Source: Eledone cirrhosa (taxonomy: Eukaryota). From it: a stretch of DNA of 64,000 nucleotides. The notes beneath the pieces were generated by a model. That model searched no databases and was not told the origin of the DNA. It saw only the letters and a list, made by a program, of their open reading frames with translations. The position numbers and the translations under genes are program-made. The stretch lies in NCBI GenBank assembly GCA_964016885.1, contig OZ024743.1, positions 129,890,001 to 129,954,000 on the forward strand. The letters are read 5' to 3'. Shown here in pieces: positions 1 to 12,090 of this stretch. The number at the start of each line of letters is the position of its first letter. The stretch's first letter is position 1.

Positions 1-3000
1 ACAGCAACCAGCAAACACCAAACACCAAACACCAAACAGCAAACGCCAAACATCAAATGCCAAACACCAAACGCCAAACAGCAAACGCCAAACACCAAAC
101 GCAAATCAGCAAGCACCAAGCACCAAACACCAAACACCAAGCACCAAACACCAAACACCAAACACCAAGCACCAAGCACCAAACACCAAACACCAAGCAC
201 CAAGCACCAAACACCAAGAACCAAGCACCAAGCACTAAACACCAAACACCAAGCACCAAGCACCAAACACCAAACACCAAGCACCAAGCACCAAACACCA
301 AACACCACACACCAAGCACCAAGCACCAAACCCCAAGCACCAGACACCAAGCACCAATCAACAAACACCAAATACCAAGCACCAAGCACTAAACACCAAA
401 AACCAAGCACCAAGCACAAAGGACCAAGCACCAAACACCAAATGCCAATCACCAAACACCAAGCACCAAGCACCAAACACCAAGCACCAAGCGCCAAAGA
501 CCAAACACCAAGCACCAAGCACCAAACACCAAGCACCAAGCTCCGAGCACCAAACACCAAGCACCAAGCACCAATCACCAAATACCAAGCACCTAGCACC
601 AAACACCAAACACCAAGCACCAAGCACCAAACACCAAATACCAAGCACCAAGCACTAAACACCAAACACCAAGCACCAAGCACCAAGCACCTAGCACCAA
701 GCACCAAACACCAAGCACCAATCACCAAACACCAAACACAAAACACCAAGTACCAAGCACCAAACAACAAACACCAAACACCAAGCACCAAGCACCAAAC
801 ACCAAGCATCAAGCACCAAGCACCAAACAACAAGCACCAAGCACCAAGAACCTAACACCAAGCACCAAGCACCAAACACCAAACGCCTAGCACCAAGCAC
901 CAAACACCAAGCACCAAGCACAAAGCACCAAAAGCCAAGCACCAAGCACCAAGCACCAAACACCAAACAGCAAGCACCAAGTACCACACATCAAACACCA
1001 AGCACCAAACACCAAACACCAGGCCCAAACTCCAAGCACCAATCACCAAGCACCAAGCACCAAGCACCAAGCACCAAGCACCAAACACCAAGCACCAAGC
1101 GCCAAACACCAAACACCAAGCACCAAGCACAAAGCACCAATCACCAAACACCAAGCACCAAGCACCAAACACCAAACACCAAGCACCAAGCACCAAACAC
1201 CAAACAACAAGTACGAAGCACAAGCACCAAACACCAAGCACCAAGCACCAAGCACCAAACACCAAACACCAAACACCAAAGAGCAAACACCAAACACCAA
1301 ACATCTAATACAAAACACCAAACAGCAAACACCAAACAGCAAACACCAAACACCAAACAGCAAACACCAAACAGCAAACACCAAACACCAAATACCAAAC
1401 AGAAAATGCCAAACATCAAACGACAAACACCAAACGCCAAGCACCAAGCACCAAGCACCAAGCACAAAGCACCAAGCACCAAACACCAAGCACCAAGCAC
1501 CAAGCACCAAACACCAAGCACCACGCACCAAACACCAAACACCAAACACCAAGCTCCAAGCACCAAACCCCAAGCACCAGACACCAAGCACCAATCAACA
1601 AACACCAAATACCAAGCACCAAGCACCAAAAACCAAGCACCAAGCACAAAGCACCAAGCACCAAACACCAAATGCCAAACACCAAACACCAAGCACCAAG
1701 CACCAATCACCAAGCACCAAGCGCCAAAGACCAAGCACCAAGCACCAAGCACCAAACACCAAGCACCAAGCTCCGAGCAACAAACACCAAGCACCAAGCA
1801 CCAAGCACCAAATACCAAGCACCTAGCACCAAACATCAAACACCAAGCACCAAGCACCAAACACCAAACACCAAGCACCAAGCACCAAACACCAAACACC
1901 AAGCACCAAGCACCAAACACCAAGAACCAAGCACCAAGCACTAAACACCAAACACCAAGCACCAAGCACCAAACACCAAACACCAAGCACCAAGAACCAA
2001 ACACCAAACACCACACACCAAGCACCAAGCACCAAACCCCAAGCACCAGACACCAAGCACCAATCAACAAACACCAAATACCAAGCACCAAGCACCAAAC
2101 ACCAAAAACCAAGCACCAAGCACAAAGCACCAAGCACCAAACACCAAATGCCAAACACCAAACACCAAGCACCAAGCACCAAACGCCTAGCACCAAGCAC
2201 CAAACACCAAGCACCAAACACCAGGCACCAAACTCCAAACACCAAGCACCAAGCACCAAACACCAGGCACCAAGCACCAAACACCAAGCACCAAGCACCA
2301 AACACCAAGCACCAAGCACCAAACACCAAACACCAAGCACCAAACACCTAACACCAAGCACCAAGCACCAAGCACCAAACACCAAGCACCAAACACCAAA
2401 CACCAAGTAACAAGCACCAAGCACCAAGCACCAAGCACCAAACACCAAGAACCAAGCACCAAACTCCAAGCACCAAGCACCAAGTACAAACACCAAGCAC
2501 CAAACACCAAACACCAAGCACCAAGCACCAAGCATCAAACACCATGCATCAAAAACCAAACACCTAACACCAAGCACCAAACACCAAGCACCAAGCACCA
2601 AGCACCAAGCACCCAGCACCAAACACCAAGCACCAATCATCAAGCACCAAACACGAAGCACCAAGCTCCAAGCACCAAACACCAAGCACCAAAAACCAAA
2701 CACCAAGCACCATGCACCAAGCACCAAACACCAAACACCAAACACCAAGCACCAAGCACCAAACACCAAACACCAAGCACCAAACACCAAACACCAAACA
2801 CCAAACACCAAGCACCAACACCAAACAACATGCACCAGGCACCAAACACCAAGCACCAAACACCAAACACCAAGCACCAAAGACCAAGCACCAAGCACCA
2901 AGCACCAAACACCAAGCACCAAGCACCAAGCACCAAATTCCAAACACCAAGCACCAAACACCAACCACCCATCACCAAGCACCAAGCACCAAGCACCAAA

Positions 3001-5419
3001 CACCAAACACCAAGCACCAAGCACCAAGCACCAAACACCAAGCACCAAGCACCAAGCACCAAACACCAAGCCCCAAGCACCAAGCACCTTACACCAAGCA
3101 CCAAACACCAAGCACCAAGCACCTAGCACCAAAAACCAAACACCAAGCACCAAACACCAAACACCAAACACCAAGCACCAAGCACCAATCAGCAAACAAC
3201 AAGCACCAGGCTCCAAGCACCAAACACCAAACACCAAGCACCAAGTACCAAAGACCAAACACCAAGCACCAAGCACCAAACACGAAGCACCAAAGACCAA
3301 ACACCAAACAGCAAACACCAAACACCAAACAGCAAACACCAAACACGAAACACCAAACAGCAAACACTAAACACGAAACAGCAAACACCATACAGCAAAC
3401 ACCAAACACCAAAAAGCAGACACCAAACAGCAAACACCAAGCACCAAACACCAAACACCAAGTACCAAGCACCAAACACCAAGCACCAAGCACCAAACAC
3501 CAAACCCCAAGCACCGAGCACCAAACACTAATCACCAAGCACCAAGCACCAAGCACCAAGCACCAAACACCAAAGACCAAGCACCAAAGACCAAGCACCA
3601 AGCACCAAGCACCAAACACCAAGCACCAAGCACCAAGCACCAAACACCAAGCACCAAGCACCAAACACCAACCACCTAGCACCAAGCACCAAGCGCAAAA
3701 CACCAAGAACCAAGCACCAAACACCAAACACCAAGCACCAAGCACAAAGTACAAACAACAAGCACCAAGCACCAAACACCAAGCATCAAACACCAAACAC
3801 CAAAGACCAAGCACCAAGCACCAAACACCAAGCACCAAGCACCAAGCACCAAACACCAAACACCAAGCACCAAGCACCAAGCACCAAACACCAAGAACCA
3901 AGCACCAAACACCAAGCACCAAGCACCAAGTACAAACAACAAGCATCAAGCACCAAGCACCAAACACCAAGCACCAAGCACCAAGCACCAAGAAACAAAC
4001 ACCAAGCACCAAACACCAAGCACCAGGCACCAAACACCAAACACCAAGCACCAAGCACCAAGCATCAAACACCAAGCATCAAAAACCAAACACCAAACAG
4101 CAAACACCAAACACCAAACACCAAACAGAAATAGCTAAACATCAAACGACAAACACCAAACACCAAGCACCAAGCACCAAGCACCAAGCACAAAGCACCA
4201 AGCAACAAACACAAAGCACCAAGCACCAAGCACCAAACAGCAAACAGCAAACACCAAACAGCAAACAGCAAACACCAAACACCAAACAGCAAACAGCAAA
4301 CACCAAGCACCAAGCACCAAACACCAAACACCAAGCACCAAGCACCAAAGACCAAACACCAAGTACCAAGCACCAAGCACCAAACACCAAGCACCAAGCA
4401 ACAAGCACCAATCACCAAGCACCAAGCACCAAACACCAAACACCAAGAACCAAGCACCAAACACCAAACACCAAGCACCAAGCACCAAACACCAAACACC
4501 AAGCACCAGTCACCAAGCACCAAGCACCAAGCACCAAGCACCAAACACCAAGCACCAAGCAACAAGCACCAAACACCAAATACCAAGCACCAAACACCAA
4601 ACACCAAGCACCAAGCACCAAACACCAAGCACCAAGCACCAAGCACCAAACACCAAGCACCAAGCACCAAGCACCCAGCGCCAAACACCAAACATCAAAC
4701 AGCAAACAGCAAACAGCAAACAACAAACACCAAACGCCAAACAGCAAACGCCAAACACCAAACGCCAAACAGCAAGCACCAAAAACCAAACACCAAACAC
4801 CAAGCACCAAGCACCAAAAACCAAACACCAAGCACCAAGCACTAAACACCAAACACCAAGCACCAAGCACCAAGCACCAAACACCAAGAACCAAACACCA
4901 AGCACCAAACACCAAGCACCAAGCGCCAAACACCAAACACCAAGCACCAAGCCCCAAATACCAAGCACCAAGCACCAAGCACCAAACACCAAACACCAAA
5001 CACCAAACAGCAAACAGCAAACAGCAAACACCAAACACCAAACACCAAAGAGCAAACAGCAAACACCAAACACCAAACAGCAACCAGCAAACACCAAACA
5101 CCAAACACCAAACAGCAAACGCCAAACATCAAATGCCAAACACCAAGCACCAATCACCAAGCACCAAACACCAAGAACCAAACACCAAGCACCAGACACC
5201 AAGCACCAAGCACCAAGCACCAAGCACCAAACACCAAGCACCAAGCACCAAACACCAAGCACCAAGCGCCAAACACCAAACACCAAGCACCAAGCCCCAA
5301 ATACCAAGCACCAAGCACCAAGCACCAAACACCAAACACCAAACACCAAACACCAAACAGCAAACAGCAAACACCAAACACCAAACACCAAAGAGCAAAC
5401 AGCAAACACCAAACACCAA
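1..5419. repeat. Higher-order repeat A, copy 1 (about 5.4 kb)
   Basis: Identical ORF translations recur at +5419 (53/5472, 57/5476, 442/5861, 1406/6825, 1672/7091) and at +5097 further along (2348/7445, 2712/7809, 4412/9509). Confidence 0.93.
1400..1441 (+). repeat. Landmark variant cassette CAGAAAA TGCCAAA CATCAAA CGACAAA CACCAAA CGCCAAG (first of 32 occurrences including variants)
   Basis: Its ATG lies at 1406, 6825, 11312, 13102, 15675, 17445, 19076, 20824, 22309, 23870, 24813, 26527, 27186, 28129, 29843, 32488, 34707, 36462, 38953, 39896, 41610, 44248, 46544, 48299, 50532 and 61808. The CAGAAATAGC variant starts at 4126, 9223, 55403, 57545, 60025 and 63336. Confidence 0.92.
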
Positions 5420-8400
5420 ACAGCAACCAGCAAACACCAAACACCAAACACCAAACAGCAAACGCCAAACATCAAATGCCAAACACCAAACGCCAAACAG
5501 CAAACGCCAAACACCAAACGCAAATCAGCAAGCACCAAGCACCAAACACCAAACACCAAGCACCAAACACCAAACACCAAACACCAAGCACCAAGCACCA
5601 AACACCAAACACCAAGCACCAAGCACCAAACACCAAGAACCAAGCACCAAGCACTAAACACCAAACACCAAGCACCAAGCACCAAACACCAAACACCAAG
5701 CACCAAGCACCAAACACCAAACACCACACACCAAGCACCAAGCACCAAACCCCAAGCACCAGACACCAAGCACCAATCAACAAACACCAAATACCAAGCA
5801 CCAAGCACTAAACACCAAAAACCAAGCACCAAGCACAAAGGACCAAGCACCAAACACCAAATGCCAATCACCAAACACCAAGCACCAAGCACCAAACACC
5901 AAGCACCAAGCGCCAAAGACCAAACACCAAGCACCAAGCACCAAACACCAAGCACCAAGCTCCGAGCACCAAACACCAAGCACCAAGCACCAATCACCAA
6001 ATACCAAGCACCTAGCACCAAACACCAAACACCAAGCACCAAGCACCAAACACCAAATACCAAGCACCAAGCACTAAACACCAAACACCAAGCACCAAGC
6101 ACCAAGCACCTAGCACCAAGCACCAAACACCAAGCACCAATCACCAAACACCAAACACAAAACACCAAGTACCAAGCACCAAACAACAAACACCAAACAC
6201 CAAGCACCAAGCACCAAACACCAAGCATCAAGCACCAAGCACCAAACAACAAGCACCAAGCACCAAGAACCTAACACCAAGCACCAAGCACCAAACACCA
6301 AACGCCTAGCACCAAGCACCAAACACCAAGCACCAAGCACAAAGCACCAAAAGCCAAGCACCAAGCACCAAGCACCAAACACCAAACAGCAAGCACCAAG
6401 TACCACACATCAAACACCAAGCACCAAACACCAAACACCAGGCCCAAACTCCAAGCACCAATCACCAAGCACCAAGCACCAAGCACCAAGCACCAAGCAC
6501 CAAACACCAAGCACCAAGCGCCAAACACCAAACACCAAGCACCAAGCACAAAGCACCAATCACCAAACACCAAGCACCAAGCACCAAACACCAAACACCA
6601 AGCACCAAGCACCAAACACCAAACAACAAGTACGAAGCACAAGCACCAAACACCAAGCACCAAGCACCAAGCACCAAACACCAAACACCAAACACCAAAG
6701 AGCAAACACCAAACACCAAACATCTAATACAAAACACCAAACAGCAAACACCAAACAGCAAACACCAAACACCAAACAGCAAACACCAAACAGCAAACAC
6801 CAAACACCAAATACCAAACAGAAAATGCCAAACATCAAACGACAAACACCAAACGCCAAGCACCAAGCACCAAGCACCAAGCACAAAGCACCAAGCACCA
6901 AACACCAAGCACCAAGCACCAAGCACCAAACACCAAGCACCACGCACCAAACACCAAACACCAAACACCAGGCTCCAAGCACCAAACCCCAAGCACCAGA
7001 CACCAAGCACCAATCAACAAACACCAAATACCAAGCACCAAGCACCAAAAACCAAGCACCAAGCACAAAGCACCAAGCACCAAACACCAAATGCCAAACA
7101 CCAAACACCAAGCACCAAGCACCAATCACCAAGCACCAAGCGCCAAAGACCAAGCACCAAGCACCAAGCACCAAACACCAAGCACCAAGCTCCGAGCAAC
7201 AAACACCAAGCACCAAGCACCAAGCACCAAATACCAAGCACCTAGCACCAAACATCAAACACCAAGCACCAAGCACCAAACACCAAACACCAAGCACCAA
7301 GCACCAAACACCAAACACCAAGCACCAAGCACCAAACACCAAGAACCAAGCACCAAGCACCAGGCACCAAGCACCAAACACCAAGCACCAAGCACCAAAC
7401 ACCAAGCACCAAGCACCAAACACCAAACACCAAGCACCAAACACCTAACACCAAGCACCAAGCACCAAGCACCAAACACCAAGCACCAAACACCAAACAC
7501 CAAGTAACAAGCACCAAGCACCAAGCACCAAGCACCAAACACCAAGAACCAAGCACCAAACTCCAAGCACCAAGCACCAAGTACAAACACCAAGCACCAA
7601 ACACCAAACACCAAGCACCAAGCACCAAGCATCAAACACCATGCATCAAAAACCAAACACCTAACACCAAGCACCAAACACCAAGCACCAAGCACCAAGC
7701 ACCAAGCACCCAGCACCAAACACCAAGCACCAATCATCAAGCACCAAACACGAAGCACCAAGCTCCAAGCACCAAACACCAAGCACCAAAAACCAAACAC
7801 CAAGCACCATGCACCAAGCACCAAACACCAAACACCAAACACCAAGCACCAAGCACCAAACACCAAACACCAAGCACCAAACACCAAACACCAAACACCA
7901 AACACCAAGCACCAACACCAAACAACATGCACCAGGCACCAAACACCAAGCACCAAACACCAAACACCAAGCACCAAAGACCAAGCACCAAGCACCAAGC
8001 ACCAAACACCAAGCACCAAGCACCAAGCACCAAATTCCAAACACCAAGCACCAAACACCAACCACCCATCACCAAGCACCAAGCACCAAGCACCAAACAC
8101 CAAACACCAAGCACCAAGCACCAAGCACCAAACACCAAGCACCAAGCACCAAGCACCAAACACCAAGCCCCAAGCACCAAGCACCTTACACCAAGCACCA
8201 AACACCAAGCACCAAGCACCTAGCACCAAAAACCAAACACCAAGCACCAAACACCAAACACCAAACACCAAGCACCAAGCACCAATCAGCAAACAACAAG
8301 CACCAGGCTCCAAGCACCAAACACCAAACACCAAGCACCAAGTACCAAAGACCAAACACCAAGCACCAAGCACCAAACACGAAGCACCAAAGACCAAACA

Positions 8401-10173
8401 CCAAACAGCAAACACCAAACACCAAACAGCAAACACCAAACACGAAACACCAAACAGCAAACACTAAACACGAAACAGCAAACACCATACAGCAAACACC
8501 AAACACCAAAAAGCAGACACCAAACAGCAAACACCAAGCACCAAACACCAAACACCAAGTACCAAGCACCAAACACCAAGCACCAAGCACCAAACACCAA
8601 ACCCCAAGCACCAAGCACCAAACACTAATCACCAAGCACCAAGCACCAAGCACCAAGCACCAAACACCAAAGACCAAGCACCAAAGACCAAGCACCAAGC
8701 ACCAAGCACCAAACACCAAGCACCAAGCATCAAGCACCAAACACCAAGCACCAAGCACCAAACACCAACCACCTAGCACCAAGCACCAAGCGCAAAACAC
8801 CAAGAACCAAGCACCAAACACCAAACACCAAGCACCAAGCACAAAGTACAAACAACAAGCACCAAGCACCAAACACCAAGCATCAAACACCAAACACCAA
8901 AGACCAAGCACCAAGCACCAAACACCAAGCACCAAGCACCAAGCACCAAACACCAAACACCAAGCACCAAGCACCAAGCACCAAACACCAAGAACCAAGC
9001 ACCAAACACCAAGCACCAAGCACCAAGTACAAACAACAAGCATCAAGCACCAAGCACCAAACACCAAGCACCAAGCACCAAGCACCAAGAAACAAACACC
9101 AAGCACCAAACACCAAGCACCAGGCACCAAACACCAAACACCAAGCACCAAGCACCAAGCATCAAACACCAAGCATCAAAAACCAAACACCAAACAGCAA
9201 ACACCAAACACCAAACACCAAACAGAAATAGCTAAACATCAAACGACAAACACCAAACACCAAGCACCAAGCACCAAGCACCAAGCACAAAGCACCAAGC
9301 AACAAACACAAAGCACCAAGCACCAAGCACCAAACAGCAAACAGCAAACACCAAACAGCAAACAGCAAACACCAAACACCAAACAGCAAACAGCAAACAC
9401 CAAGCACCAAGCACCAAACACCAAACACCAAGCACCAAGCACCAAAGACCAAACACCAAGTACCAAGCACCAAGCACCAAACACCAAGCACCAAGCAACA
9501 AGCACCAATCACCAAGCACCAAGCACCAAACACCAAACACCAAGAACCAAGCACCAAACACCAAACACCAAGCACCAAGCACCAAACACCAAACACCAAG
9601 CACCAGTCACCAAGCACCAAGCACCAAGCACCAAGCACCAAACACCAAGCACCAAGCAACAAGCACCAAACACCAAATACCAAGCACCAAACACCAAACA
9701 CCAAGCACCAAGCACCAAACACCAAGCACCAAGCACCAAGCACCAAACACCAAGCACCAAGCACCAAGCACCCAGCGCCAAACACCAAACATCAAACAGC
9801 AAACAGCAAACAGCAAACAACAAACACCAAACGCCAAACAGCAAACGCCAAACACCAAACGCCAAACAGCAAGCACCAAAAACCAAACACCAAACACCAA
9901 GCACCAAGCACCAAAAACCAAACACCAAGCACCAAGCACTAAACACCAAACACCAAGCACCAAGCACCAAGCACCAAACACCAAGAACCAAACACCAAGC
10001 ACCAAACACCAAGCACCAAGCGCCAAACACCAAACACCAAGCACCAAGCCCCAAATACCAAGCACCAAGCACCAAGCACCAAACACCAAACACCAAACAC
10101 CAAACAGCAAACAGCAAACAGCAAACACCAAACACCAAACACCAAAGAGCAAACAGCAAACACCAAACACCAA
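5420..10173. repeat. Higher-order repeat A, copy 2 (lacks 322-bp and 343-bp segments present in copy 1)
   Basis: The offset to copy 1 falls from 5419 to 5097 at 7360/7361, where copy-1 bases 1942-2263 are missing. The next unit starts 4754 after this one (5472/10226). Only three substitutions were noticed: 1552A/6971G, 3516G/8613A and 3633C/8730T. Confidence 0.92.
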
Positions 10174-12090
10174 ACAGCAACCAGCAAACACCAAACACCA
10201 AACACCAAACAGCAAACGCCAAACATCAAATGCCAAACACCAAACGCCAAACAGCAAACGCCAAACACCAAACGCAAATCAGCAAGCACCAAGCACCAAA
10301 CACCAAACACCAAGCACCAAACACCAAACACCAAACACCAAGCACCAAGCACCAAACACCAAACACCAAGCACCAAGCACCAAACACCAAGAACCAAGCA
10401 CCAAGCACCAAACACCAAACACCACACACCAAGCACCAAGCACCAAACCCCAAGCACCAGACACCAAGCACCAATCAACAAACACCAAATACCAAGCACC
10501 AAGCACCAAACACCAAAAACCAAGCACCAAGCACAAAGGACCAAGCACCAAACACCAAATGCCAAGCACCAAGCACCAAGCACCTAGCACCAAGCACCAA
10601 ACACCAAGCACCAATCACCAAACACCAAACACAAAACACCAAGTACCAAGCACCAAACAACAAACACCAAACACCAAGCACCAAGCACCAAACACCAAGC
10701 ACCAAGCACCAAGCACCAAACAACAAGCACCAAGCACCAAGAACCTAACACCAAGCACCAAGCACCAAACACCAAACGCCTAGCACCAAGCACCAAACAC
10801 CAAGCACCAAGCACAAAGCACCAAAAGCCAAGCACCAAGCACCAAGCACCAAACACCAAACAGCAAGCACCAAGTACCACACATCAAACACCAAGCACCA
10901 AACACCAAGCACCAGGCCCAAACTCCAAGCACCAATCACCAAGCACCAAGCACCAAGCACCAAGCACCAAGCACCAAACACCAAGCACCAAGCGCCAAAC
11001 AACAAACACAAGCACCAAGCACCAAACACCAAGCACAAAGCACCAATCACCAAACACCAAGCACCAAGCACCAAACACCAAACACCAAGCACCAAGCACC
11101 AAACACCAAACAACAAGTACGAAGCACAAGCACCAAACACCAAGCACCAAGCACCAAGCACCAAACACCAAACACCAAACACCAAACAGCAAAGACCAAA
11201 CACCAAACATCTAATACAAAACACCAAACAGCAAACACCAAACAGCAAACACCAAACACCAAACAGCAAACACCAAACAGCAAACACCAAACACCAAATA
11301 CCAAACAGAAAATGCCAAACATCAAACGACAAACACCAAACGCCAAGCACCAAGCACCAAGCACCAAGCACAAAGCACCAAGCACCAAACACCAAGCACC
11401 AAGCACCAAGCACCAAACACCAAGCACCACGCACCAAACACCAAACACCAAACACCAAGCTCCAAGCACCAAACCCCAAGCACCAGACACCAAGCACCAA
11501 TCAACAAACACCAAATACCAAGCACCAAGCACCAAAAACCAAGCACCAAGCACAAAGCACCAAGCACCAAACACCAAATGCCAAACACCAAACACCAAGC
11601 ACCAAGCACCAATCACCAAGCACCAAGCGCCAAAGACCAAGCACCAAGCACCAAGCACCAAACACCAAGCACCAAGCTCCGAGCACCAAACACCAAGCAC
11701 CAAGCACCAAGCACCAAATACCAAGCACCTAGCACCAAACATCAAACACCAAGCACCAAGCACCAAACACCAAACACCAAGCACCAAGCACCAAACACCA
11801 AACACCAAGCACCAAGCACCAAACACCAAGAACCAAGCACCAAGCACTAAACACCAAACACCAAGCACCAAGCACCAAACACCAAACACCAAGCACCAAG
11901 AACCAAACACCAAACACCACACACCAAGCACCAAGCACCAAACCCCAAGCACCAGACACCAAGCACCAATCAACAAACACCAAATACCAAGCACCAAGCA
12001 CCAAACACCAAAAACCAAGCACCAAGCACAAAGCACCAAGCACCAAACACCAAATGCCAAACACCAAACACCAAGCACCAAGCACCAAAC
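10174..12090. repeat. Higher-order repeat A, partial and more rearranged copy 3
   Basis: ORF matches 5472/10226, 6110/10584, 1406/11312, 1672/11578 and 2148/12054 (offset 9906 from copy 1 for the last three). It retains the 322-bp segment missing from copy 2. Confidence 0.85.

Noticed and set aside
1406-1441. Recurrent MPNIKRQTPNAKHQ ORF starts as a multigene family
   Set aside because: The ATG is a by-product of the AAA|TGCC variant junction. Downstream ORF lengths vary arbitrarily (123-752 aa), and the CAGAAATAGC subfamily lacks the ATG.
1141-3363. Hydrophobic minus-strand ORFs (WCLVLGA/WCLVFGV repeats) resembling membrane proteins
   Set aside because: These are the reverse-complement translation of the same heptamer. 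The minus strand is A-poor, so stops are rare. Many starts shown as M are probably alternative TTG/GTG codons inherent to the repeat, and ORFs overlap in all three frames.
2712-5657. 981-aa + strand ORF (KHQAPST/KHQTPNT repeats), and similar ORFs at 7809-10748, 24813-27071, 28129-30270 and 39896-42037, as mucin-like or repeat proteins
   Set aside because: A 7-bp repeat gives the same 7-aa peptide in all three frames, and the T-poor strand rarely forms stop codons. Overlapping frames are open simultaneously. There is no unique terminus or signal peptide, and 7-bp indels and 6/8-bp units shift frame freely.
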